This document shows positions 23,961 through 35,935 of a stretch of DNA of 64,000 nt, piece after piece. Both the position numbers and the translations under genes were made by a program. The notes beneath the pieces were generated by a model. The model made no database searches and was not told the DNA's origin. It saw only the letters and a program-made list of their open reading frames with translations. Position 1 is the first letter of the stretch. Each line of letters opens with the position of its first letter. The stretch comes from Lophium mytilinum (taxonomy: Eukaryota), in the NCBI GenBank assembly GCA_010093605.1, contig MU004188.1, forward strand, positions 809,673-873,672, written 5' to 3'.

Positions 23961-26479
23961 AGCTTCCCAGCTTTCTTCTAATACCTTTCCTGCATTTTCA
24001 CGGTCATTGGGCGGGACATACGTGATTCACAAAGGCTGTTACGAATAAAGAGAGGGAAACCCCTCCTATAATGTCTAGCAACATAATGAAGCACAAACGT
24101 AATTACGAAAGCAATTTCTCACGATATAGTCAACCTCCTCACGATCTCTTCATCATCCTCACTCTGCATATCCTCATTCCCCACAAGTGTAACCTGCACG
24201 CCAAACTTTCTGACACTTTTGACACCTGTACCCCCGCACTGCCATCTTTCAGCCCCTCACGCACGCCTCACGCATCACATTGCATCACATCCAGCAGTGC
24301 ATCGCTGTCATGCCACCAACTGCACGTTGGATGAAAATCGATAAAACCCCGCCCAATCACGGCACCCCGGGACCTCCCACCCCCTGCCGCCACCCTCGTC
24401 TCTTCCCGCCCGTGCGCGGGCTCCCCACACAGAAGTCCGGCGCCAGCAGGGCCACCCTAGCTCAGCCTTGCTCGCCACAAACACCAGGGATCTGGGAACG
24501 AGCGCCAATCGCATGGCGCCGTGGGCGGCCGTTTTGCCCCGCCTTCCGTGCGACGGTGCCGGTGGTATACGAGGGTTCCGTGTTTGGTGTGGCTTTAAGG
24601 AGGGGCGGATGGTAGAGTTTGTGAAGGAAGTGATCGGAGCCGAGTTGAAAGCTTGGTTTTGAGTTTGAGCGGAACTGGGATGGGGCGATCAAGCCTTGTT
24701 CTTGTTTTGCGAGACTTGTCTAATCCCGACGATCGGAGGCCCGCGCCGCTGATTTACGATACAGCGAGTTACAGAAGATCGATTTGGGAGTCGATCAATC
24801 ACTCTTCAACGTTCAGCGTGAAGTCAACGCCCCAACGGCTGTCACGTATCACTGCTTACAACTGCTTCATTCGTACGAGGCAGGGCTGCAAGACACGAGA
24901 GCCGTTGTTGTAAGGCGCCCGTAAGCGCGGCCAGCTCTTGCTCACCATTGCCAGGACCAGGGCGGCTGCACGATAATAAGCCCACCAGTTAGGTTTGCCT
25001 GCGAACCAGCAAAATCCTTGCGGGCCTGCTTCGACCCGGCGTTCTGCAAGAATGCGGCACGGAATAACTCAAAACCTGACTCGCCCCCCTCGCCTTGCAG
25101 ACCGGTCAGACGCCGATGGTGTGGCTATCCACATGGCCGGAAACGGCAAAACCTTGGGGGCGCAGTTGCTGAAGCGAGTGGAGCTGCTAGAGAGAGAGAG
25201 GGGGGAAGAGACGGGACGAGTTCCGCTCACCTAATCTTGTTCCCAGCTTCAAGAAAGTAAGAAAAAGGACAAGATACCAGGAGACAGCATTAAGTTTACA
25301 TCCAGTGCATGAAGTGTGCCCATGGTTGAGACTCAGCACCAGCACCAGGCACAAGGCACACCCGCGAGTCTACGGCGGGCAGCGGGATTCAAAGACCCTC
25401 CATCCGAGCTACTGCCAAGCTACCGCAACACATACAGCAATGACGGCATCTATCACCAGTTAGCTCGAGCCTGCCGCTCGTCGTTACATAGCGTCTGTAT
25501 TCTGCATGTCGATACAAATATAGAAACGGTGCGCCACTGGCACTGTTCTCGAACGTGGCTATTAGGCTTCACGCCACTAGCTGGAAAGCTGCAGATCGGC
25601 GTTATCGTTGGACCGGTGGCTACTAGTCTCGCAGCCACGACAAGAGTGGGGCAAGCATTGCCGCAAGGCTGCTTGAAGAAGAGTGTGACGATACTGCCAA
25701 GAGCGGAGCGGATATCGAGGTGTGGAGATATGGCGGAAAGCTCCGCCTGGAACGTATGGCATGCCAAGCCTAGAAGATCGGACCCATCACGTGATGCCTA
25801 ATCCTATCTTGCCTTTTTGCAGGCTTCAACTATTCTACGCTAACAAAATAAACTCTATAAACTTGTCCCCTTCCAGCATGTTTTCATGCGCCAAGCTTGA
25901 ACACTTCTAACCCCGTCACGGCTATAAAAAAGCCCGCGCCAGTGCTGGGAGGTAACTTTTGGGCGTATATACGGTAGCATCATTGTTGCTCTGACGATGC
26001 CGCTGTCAGGCGGGGTGGATTCAATCCCACCGTGCTCTCATAACACCGGCCCAACATCTACGTACCCATGGGTCTCGAGGAACACACTGGGCAAGCAATT
26101 CGTACTTCCTCGTATCTTCAAGACAGCCCGTCAAACGCTCATGTTCACAGCCACCTGGCCGAGTTTCGTCCACGACCGTGCGTGCATGTGCTAAATCCAT
26201 CTTGTTCAAGCTGCATACTGGAGTTGTTATTTAAGTTTCGCTCTAGCTTGTTTAGGTTGTATGGTTCAAATACTTTGTATAGTTGAAGTATGAGATATCA
26301 ATCGCACATAATGAATGCAGAATGAAATGTAACCATCGATGTGTGCACATTTCGGATATACGTTTGACGAAGTAGATTTAAAGCTATTATACATATTGCC
26401 TAATTTTGAAAGGATATTGGATCATAAGATAACTCATTGCTCGTCATACCACCGGTCGAATACAAACTGATCCGCGAAT

Positions 26480-27500
26480 TTACTTCATGAAACCAGCCTT
26501 TCCATCTCCGTTCGCATCAACCTTGGGGTTCAGCTTGTCCATCAGGCTCGGCTTCGCACCAGTGGTGTTGCCAGTTGTGCCAGTAGAGCGGCTCTCGTTG
26601 CGCGAACCGTAAGTATCATCGTTGCGGGAACCAAGAGTATTGTCATTGCGCGAGCCCAGGCCTCCTTGGGTGTTTGAGCCCACAGTCCGGCTGCCGTCCA
26701 AGTCGCTGTCCACACGAGGATCGGCCTTGTTGGCAAGACCAGAGTTGTGCTCACCAGCAGTGCCAGACTGATGATGATGGCCATGATGCTCCCCGACGTG
26801 GCCATGGCCTTGGCCACCGCCAAGCGCGCCACCAATAGCTCGGGGTTCACCTTCGAACCCGTCGTAACGCTCCTCACGTCCACCAAGAACGCCTCCCTGC
26901 TTCTTGAAGTCTGCCATGCTCACGGCCGGGAGTGCCGATGCACTGTGATGCTGAGCGGCGTTGTGGTGGACCTCATGGATCGGGACGGTGGTGTGAACCA
27001 CAGAAGGCTGGATAGTTTCCTTCTGCACCACGGGCTGGATAGTCTCGTGGACGTGGTGATGCACATGCTCTCCCTGTACTGTGGGCTTCACGGCTTGGGT
27101 TTCCTTCGTTTGACCAACATGGCGCTGGTCTTTGAACTGAGCCGCTTCCTGCTCTAGCCTTGCAGTGACATCACGCTGATTTCCATGCTCAAACTGGCGG
27201 TGCTCAACGTTGCCGAGCTGATGGCTGTGCTGCTCAGGGAGAACTTCTCGGTCGTGCACAGGCTGCACAGAGTGGTGGTAATGATCCTAGAAAACATTAG
27301 ATTGAACGTCTACGCTGGGTGGACTGGTGTCAAAGACATACCTGGTGGACCTCTTTGTCGACGGCAGTAGTCACGTTCTCATGGCGGTGCGAGTTGACTG
27401 TCTCGTGGGTGACGGCGGGAGCTACACGCTCATGCACAGTGGTATCGTGCTTTCCGGCCTTGGACATAAAGTCGGAAACGGCGGCCTTAGCTTTATCCAT
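26480..27500 (-). CDS. His-rich hydrophilic 'allergen-like' stress protein, 2 exons
   Basis: MDKAKAAVSDFMSKAGKHDTTVHERVAPAVTHETV...EVHQ|DHYHHSVQPVHDREVLPEQH; HVHHHVHETIQPVVQKETIQP; ANKADPRVDSDLDG; GSRND repeats; ends KPSLMDKLNPKVDANGDGKAGFMK. Confidence 0.85.
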
Positions 27501-28820
27501 TTTTGATATTGGTGAAGTTTGGGAGTGTTAAGATCTGGTTTGTTTGTGTAGGGAATTCAAGTGATGCTGTGGAAGCAGTAAGGGAGTGCTTGCATACAGC
27601 TTTTAAGCAGAAAGGAAACATAGAATTGTAGTATGCTAATCGACGTCATGCCTACCGGCCGGCTAACAAGAAGCGGATACCTCCAGCATCATACGACATA
27701 GGCAGCGCCATAATCGAGCGCCACGGCACAACCAGTGGTAGGTGTGGCGATGAATGGATAGAAGTCCCCATGGTGGGGGTAAAAGCTACGTCAAGCGGAC
27801 GGCTTAGACCGATCGCGCGGTTTCTCCGCGGTACCAGGAGGGGGGCGATTGGATGAGGGTATTCTACGGTATATGGTCAAGCTTTTTGGGCCGCATTAGG
27901 TTCTTGAATTATTTGCTTTGAGCTGTGACGCGCATGACTACAGGCTCTGGGCCGGTCTAACGAGTCCAAGTATTTGCCAAGCCGTGGCAGTGAACGCGGG
28001 CCCAATGCGGGGCAGCGGGAACTATGATCATAGACCAGGAGAAAGAGGCAAATGAGTTCTGATGTGGGCGAGGAGGCGTGTTGTCGACGCGAATCTGTGG
28101 ACTGCAAACGTGCAACGTCGTCATCCATTTCCACACGTGATCGGCTGCCTGCTATTGGACGAGGCATTGTCTCTCTGACCTCGACAACCTCTTCCCCTAC
28201 TTTACCATCATGTCAACAGCAGACATAATCAATGGGGAATCACATCACGTATCGTTCACTAGAATGCCAAAATCAAGTTTTCAACCCTCAAATCCCAGCA
28301 TGCGGCACCGCTTCAGCGGCGGCTTCTCCGTGCATCGTACCATACCAGGCCGCCGTCATCTGGCCCACATCAGATCGGGGTGACAACACGTTCAGCTAGT
28401 CTAGACTCTTGAGTCTGTATCCAGTCTAGACCATCCCTAGTGTCTTCAGCCAAACTCCAGGTGGCTTGATATCAGATGCGCCCAGAGTACCAGACTGACT
28501 CTATTTCGACGTCACAATGCTTAATGGGCGTGAAAACTAAACGCCATCTGGCCTTCGCTTGTTAGCACTGACAGCGGGCGCAGCGGGTGATGTGACCGCC
28601 TGTGCTCGTTAGCATCGAAGATCGACCCTGAACCTGAAAGCTGCCTGGACGGTTGGGTCGACTTGTTTTCTGGAAATCGATTTACGGCAGCAATAGACGT
28701 GACAACTCTCTTGTGCACCTATCACAGTGTTACCCCCTCCATTCTGCAATTTCACGATTTCCCCCTCCTATTGTTCTATCTCATTGTGGCTTTGTCATTC
28801 TGTCGCATTCTACATTCCAC

Positions 28821-30099
28821 ATGGATATCAAGAAGATCAAAACTCTGCTTCGAAGAAAACTAAAGAGTGACCGGCGCCAGTCATCGTCAGCATCCGATTC
28901 TTCCTTTTCGACTGCGAATACGTCGCCTCGTCCATCGACCACCGTTGATTCGCATCAAGCTACGTCTCCTCGACAGCCTCTTCCCGAGCCGGCTCCTGGG
29001 CGTACTACAGAGCTCAATGGATCTCAGATTCCGCAAGATGGCGCGTTTGAGCATACTCACCAGGCTCAAGATAGCTCGATAAGAAGAGTGTCTACCTCAT
29101 CCTTCTCGAGTGGCAATGAGAGCCCATCTCGGACGAGACATCGAAAGGACCCCACCGCCGGTCATGGGAATATCAAACCCCTTCCACGGCTTCCTGTCGA
29201 GGAGGGCCTTGCAAGCGATCTCGGGCACATGTCACTCGGCGATGACGACCGCCAAATGATAAGCCCGAGCTCGCGTGGACACAGTGAAGACGTCGCAGAG
29301 CCATCGCGAAACCACCGGTCATCAATCGGGGGCCTGAGCAGTTCACCAACGTCGCAAGGCCTGAGTCGCGACTCGGCGTCTTTGCGAAGAAAGCCTGTGG
29401 GGTCAGGGTTCGGGTCAGTGGGATCGCAAGCGGCATTGGATGGAGCAACGGAGAAAGGGCATCTGGCCGCTCACGCCGAACCACCATCGCTAGAAGGTGT
29501 TGTCGATCTTACTAACACCGTAGATACAGACGTACATGAACATTGGGCGCCAGGTATGCCAAACCGATGACCCTTAGTGTAACTAGTGCTAACCTTTTGT
29601 TCTAGCTGTCACGCACGAGACCGTCCTTCCCCAACTCCACCACATTCGCGAGGAGCAGATACACCGAGAAATCCATAACCACACTTACTTGCATCGAATT
29701 CAGCCCGTCCTGGAGTTTGAGGTCCTTCCTGCCCGGCACTTCGTTCCAAATGCTAGCGGCCAAAAGTTAGTTGAAGTATCGGAAGACCAAATTCCAGAAT
29801 GCACTGGCGAGAACCAGCGATGGTTCATTGCGGAGAAGCGTTCCACTGTCACCCATAATGGCCGGCCACCTAATGGAACTCAACCACTCACGGGTCTCGA
29901 ACTGGACGGCCATGATCGGAAGAAATACATGACACCCGAAGGGTTTGAACGCACTGAGACTACGTGGGTGCACCGGCCAGTTCTTGAGGATACGACGAAG
30001 CTGCAAGGTCCGACATTTCCCGTGCATTTTGGAGAATGCGGTGAAGAATGCGCTACTCGTAAGCACGGTGAGAAGAAACATAATCGCACTGAACGGTAA
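28821..30099 (+). CDS. Protein sharing the APAVTHETV/QPV..EVLP His-rich domain with the divergent neighbour, 2 exons
   Basis: Ser/Arg-rich N-terminal half, then VDTDVHEHWAP|AVTHETVLPQLHHIREEQIHREIHNHTYLHRIQPVLEFEVLPARHF; intron ~29554-29605. Confidence 0.8.
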
Positions 30100-32414
30100 T
30101 GATTGCTTTGTATTTCCTAACACGAACGAAACCTGTACAGTATAGCTTCTCTCGTCTTGCTTCTTTTGCAGCGCGTCTCAGTCTCATTACCTTGGCATGT
30201 CGGGTGTTCTTCGTTCTTCAGCGTGGCGCATTTGGGATGCTGTTGCATTATTTTCCGATTGATGTAGCTTATACTTCGCATAAAAGCTTGGGGGCCGCTT
30301 GGTCCCGTCTCCTGATCGTATATCCACGTGGCGGTATCACGCGTAGGAAAAGTCTGTATATACTGAAGCCTCAAAGCCAAGGCGCTTGTAATTATGAAAA
30401 TCCTACCCCTGTATGTCTCTGATTCGCATTGCAACCGTGAGGTGATGACTATTTGCATCTAGGCTTTTCGATACTTTACACGGCGGCTCATACGTCTGCT
30501 TTGACGCCTTCTTCAACGTCTACTTCTCTATCTCTTATACGACAGGAATGTGGGTGCCCGTCGCGACATCGCCAGATTATTTCCAACGACGTCCTTGCTG
30601 TGCTGCGCTAGGACGGGTGGAACTCTCACCGAGCTCTCTGTTTAGCAACATGGCCGCATGGCTTCGTTCGAAGAGGGGCATTTCAGTCAAGACATTTCGC
30701 TATCCTGTTTGTAGTTTCTGAGCGAATACGCCCAGAAGTTACTATGCCTTGAGCGGAGTAGGAAAGCACTATTGCCGGGAGAAGTCGGCATTCGTCATAA
30801 CTGTTGTAGAGAATGTTCACGTAGTTATGGCTTTGTTCAATGGACACTCTGCCCTCGGAGCCAACCCAGTGTACCACTGATTCATAGACTCCTGTATTAT
30901 ATCGCAGTCGTGAGGTGGTACCTCTCTGAACTTCCAAATCATAGCTCATGAGGACCCCAAAAACCTCACAAGTCTCCCGTCGCGTTAGGTCTTTCGTCTG
31001 TCAGCCGGAGTATTGTTAGGCGTTTGTTCCGTGCTCGACGAATCGGCCTTGGCAAAGAAGGTGGTTAGCAAAGAGAAAGGGCGGAAACGTCTGTGAGCAC
31101 TAAGCAACAGAATCTGCTCAACACCGACGACGGGCCGCAATAGCTGTATCCAAGCCTTCCGGACGCCGTGTATCCGGCGGCTGGCCAGCGAAGAAACTCG
31201 CAACGACTCTTTCCATGGCCGTCGTGCGCCGTGTCGCGTTGCAACAAAGGCAGAAGATGTCGCGACAGGCACGCCACCCGTGACACAGCAGCACCTGAGA
31301 ATTCCTTTTTGCGGCTGCTGGGCGGCTTTCGTAAATATGGTATTGGGTAATGGCAATGATGCCATCCGAGTGGGAAATGGCGTTTTGGCGTGCTAAGCCC
31401 TAAGATCGGGCGCGCCGCAAAGCTGGGCCTGCTCGGCGTGGGCACGGCTAGTGACCTCATCTCCAGGGATTACGACGGCACATGGGTGTGAAACGGGCGG
31501 GTCGAAACATGTGGGGAACTGTCTTTGCGCAGAACACACAAGACCCGCGCCGCCGGTTCACAGCGTGGAGGGCTTCAGATGGAGCTGCGACCTCCATTCC
31601 GAGTCTGCGAAGCTCTACTAGACGCGCAAGCAACTTCAAGCATCCTCAAGCCCTGCCGAGCACTTGGATGCCACGCCCCGCAGATCGCCATCGGATCGGG
31701 AACCGAGTGGCTGCTAGCCCAACGCCGCGACCGCGACTAAAGCGGGCGTGGTGATTGTGAATGCGACACCCGCCTCTTCCTACCTCATGCACTGTAGCAT
31801 CTCACGCCGGATGGCCAGTTCGCGCGCAGCATGCCTCGCAGTGTAGTGACCAGAACGCCTCCAGGATGGCGAACCCTACCTGCCGTGTGATCGTCCTTGC
31901 CGTAGCCCGCGCGACTAATGTTATCGTGCCTTCGTGCGCGGGCGGAACGCTCCTTCGGACTCGCTGATTCCCTCACGCCTTTGTTCGAGCGCCGTTTCTG
32001 GTCGCCAGGTCCATCGTCCAGAGATGGAGAGACCTCGATCCACGGTACAGCGCCGCCTCGCCCCACGTTGGGATCAGAATCAGCGGGGCGTGCTGGTCCA
32101 ATGGCTGCGCGTCCTCAGTGTGGTGACAAAAAGCCAACCACCGGGCCCGTATGCACAAGGTTCAGCAAATCCTGCCTTGACTAACGTTAGCTCGCCTTGG
32201 AACGCAAACGGACTTTGACCACATCCATTGACCTACAATTCATAAAGCCCGCCCGCTCTCCGCGTCGCACATCACAACCTCACAATTGTTGCCCCCACTC
32301 CAAACCCGTACCTCACCGTCGCCAACTCGAAATCAGGTGGTTAATGCTGTCCGTGGCCAACGCTCGCCGTCCCTTTTATTACACCCCCCTCAAGCAGAGC
32401 ATCCGCTCGGTAAA

Positions 32415-34089
32415 ATGGCGTTAGGCTTTGGAACCAAGAAGAAGGCCAGCAAGGCCGACCTTGGCGAAAAAGACTACTCTCGCGACTCTCCAGATCTGAA
32501 AGACGGCTATGACGTCGAAAATGCTGGTGGTCCTCGCCGCGCAAGCCTAGTCCCCGAAGACAGCGATGGCGCTAGCTTCGATGTCGGCAAGCAGATTGAG
32601 ATGGAGGCCGAGAACGCCATCAAGTACAGGACTTGCAGCTGGCAGAAAGTATGTTGTGGCCGCCTTTGGGCCTAGCATTCATCCTTTGCGAAACAATAAT
32701 GCTCATGTGACACCAGACCGCTGCCCTGCTCTTTTCCGAGTATATCTGCTTGGCCATCATGTCGTTCCCGTACTCGTACTCAGTTCTGGGGCTGGTTCCC
32801 GGCTTGATTCTGACCGTCGTGGTGGCCGCCTTAGTGTTGTATACGTCTCTCACCGTTTGGTAAGACTCGCTTGCCACATGCGCTCATAACCAATCACTTA
32901 TATGAATAAAGGGAGTTCTGCCTTCGCCATCCGAATGTCAAGGATGTCTGCGATGTTGGGAAGATTATCTTCTGGAATAGCGATGTGGCATGGTGGTTCA
33001 CAGCTGTGATGTTCATCCTCAACAATACCTTCATCCAGGGCTTCCACTGCCTTGTTGGCGCCAAGTACCTCAACACCATGACGAACAACAGTGTTTGCAC
33101 TATTGGGTTCTCTGCAATCGTGGCTTGCATCTCTTTGCTCTGCTCGTTGCCCAGGACTTTCGACACTCTTTCTAAGATCGCAACGCTTTCGGCAATCACG
33201 ACATTCCTTTCAGTCTTGTTGGCGACCATTTTCGCTGGAATCGAGGCTCATCCGGCAGGCTATCCTAAATTTGGCGAGCCTACAGTCCTAGCCATCCCAG
33301 CCGCCGGAACTACCTTTGTCGCTGGCATGAATGCCTTCATGAACATCAGTTACACGTTCATTGGTCAGATCACGATTCCCAGCTTCATTGCGGAAATGAA
33401 GGAGCCCAAAGACTTCCCCAAGGCTCTATGGGCCGTAACCATTGCCGAGATCTTTGTCTTCAGCCTGGTCGGGTCCATTGTGTACGCCTACACGGGAACG
33501 AACTACAACACGGCGCCTGCGTTCGGGTCTCTGGAGGAGCCATACCTCAAGATCTCGTTCTCTTTCATGATTCCGACTTTGATCTTCCTGGGTGTCTTGT
33601 ACGCTTCCGTGTCTGCCCGATTCGTCTTCTTCTCCATCTTCAAGAACACGAAGCACTACGGCAGCCACACCGCCGTTGGCTGGGCATCCTGGGTCGGCAT
33701 TTTGGCTGTGACCTGGGTCTTCGCCTTCATCATCGCAGAAGTCATCCCGTTCTTCTCGTACCTGCTGTCCCTGATGAGCTCCCTCTTTGACTCCTTTTTT
33801 GGATTCATCTTCTGGGGAGTGGCCTACATCCGGATGCGCCGTGCAGAGCATGGAGCTCGGTTCTGGGTGGGACGTGGATGGAAGGGATATGTTGGGCTCG
33901 TCTCCAACATCATTATCATCATTATTGGATTCTTCTTCCTGACTGCTGGCACATATGTAAGCTTCGTCCGACTTACTTCCACTTTCACTGCTAACTCGAA
34001 ACTTGCAGGCTTCCGTGCAAGCTATTATTGATGGCTATGCAACGACCGGATTTGGAGGACCGTTTTCTTGCGCGTCGAACGGGTTGTAG
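32415..34089 (+). CDS. mtr: Neutral amino acid permease (Aa_trans, Mtr/N-system type)
   Basis: AIKYRTCSWQK|TAALLFSEYICLAIMSFP, FCLRHP, FILNNTFIQGFH, MNISYTFIGQITIPSFIAEMKEPKDFPKAL, AEVIPFFS; three introns. Confidence 0.9.
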
Positions 34090-34409
34090 ATAATGTCAGA
34101 TAGAGCGAGGTGTTCAGTGCACGGCAGACACGATTCAGGATACTAAAATTGTTAATACATACAAATGCACTAAGTCGCAATAGTCACCAAGGATTGCTCA
34201 TATTTTTGTCTTTTGCACGTGCCATGAATCCGGCCTGTCAATCCATCAGGTGCTTCATCCGCACGCTTGCCCAATGTGACGTCGTCTCGCTTCGCCAGCA
34301 GAAACAAACTCCCCACCTAGGCGTCCAAAGCCTCCGTAGTCTCCTCCCTCTTCTCAACCCTCTTCGCCAATCCAGCTCCCTCACAAACCTCCGTAAGCCA
34401 TTCGACAGA

Positions 34410-35324
34410 ATGACGGGCCTCATCGACTTCAGCCAGCCGACATTGTGGGGTAGGCACTAGCTGAATCTCGTGAAGTCTGCTGTGATCTAATCCCGACAAC
34501 AGCTGCGGCCGCTTCAATTGCGTTTAACCCGACATTCTGGAAGTACGACCATCCCTCCCCGACCATTTCCTCGACTTTAGGCTAACTCTACACGTAGCAT
34601 CGCAGCTCGCCAAGGTACACCTCTCTCGACGATTCCCACAAGCACCCAACCCTCTCTCTGACACGATGCCTTCGTGCCGCTTTAGAATACCACAATAAGG
34701 CCATTACGAAGCTCTTTGGCGGGAACTCTCTACATGGATGCTATGCCTTGGCCGTTACGATATTCTCTCTGGGGATAATTCGCGATCTCATGTACGTGCA
34801 GCGAACGCAACCCTCTCTCCGCATCTCCACGCTCCTCGAAGCTCAGTCTACTAACGTGTGGCATAGCTACCACTTCACCCTTCAAGCACAGCCAGTGCAC
34901 CCGCTCCTCGACAATCCTACCGTGAAAGCCCTCTCATACGGCCTCTTCCTCTCCGGAAATGTTCTCGTCCTCTCCTCAATGTGGGCGCTCGGCGTGACAG
35001 GCACATACCTCGGAGACTACTTCGGCATTCTCATGGATGCGCCTGTCACGTCTTTCCCGTTCAACGTCACGGATGCGCCTATGTATCACGGCTCGACTAT
35101 GTCGTTCCTTGCGACGGCGTTGTGGGCTGGGAAGCCGGCTGGTGTGGCGCTGACGGGATTGGTGTGGGCCGCGTATACGGTTGCGAGGCAATTTGAGGAG
35201 TGAGTCTCGCCCTAGAGTCGAGCTCTTCACATATGTGCTAACTTGGGTTTTCTGTAGCCCGTTCACTACGGAGATATATGCCAAGAGAGAGCGCGAGCGG
35301 GCTGCGGGGAAGAAAAGCTCGTAG
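34410..35324 (+). CDS. OPI3: Phosphatidyl-N-methylethanolamine N-methyltransferase (PEMT), 6 exons including a 17-nt micro-exon
   Basis: SIAFNPTFWN|IAARQ|EYHNK, LSSMWALGVTGTYLGDYFGILMD, FPFNVTDAPMYHGST, FEE|PFTTEIY; C-terminal KKSS (KKxx ER retrieval). Confidence 0.93.
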
Positions 35325-35935
35325 TCGAAGTCCGGTGTCTTCGAAAGTGTTCAATTGAGAAGACTCGAGGGGTATCGGCAACCGAAATCTGATGCTCCAG
35401 CGCACAAATGCATAGATTCAACATGTAAAGTACGAAGTTACGAAAACAGCATAGTGGCGTTTTGCGGGTATTCAACTGCCTCTGCAATGACCTTGGGATA
35501 CTCATTGCAACTAAAAAGCTGGAGTCCTGTTTTGTGTTTCGTTGGTGGTGGGCAACATTTTAGTAGCATTTTATGTAATAATGAAATGATTTTGTCTCCG
35601 TGGCACTGCCCCAAAGTAATTAGATAGAGTACAAAGATCTGATATGTCTATCTACTTCCTCACTTTATTCCATTGCGGCCTGAGGCCTGCGGTCGGTTAC
35701 ACTTCGGCGGACCACACGGAGCAGCCAACCCACATTCACCCACCACCGAGTACGAACACTCTAACGTACCCGTTACTAGACCTCTCCCGGACATCTACAG
35801 CATGCGACCAGCTCTGACATGACCCTCTGCTTCTACCTAGCTAGCTTCTCGGATCACTTATAATTCTGCGTCACCTAAATATTTTCTCGCGGAGACGCAC
35901 GACCTCGACCGCAAGCTGAAGAGCTATCCGTCATT

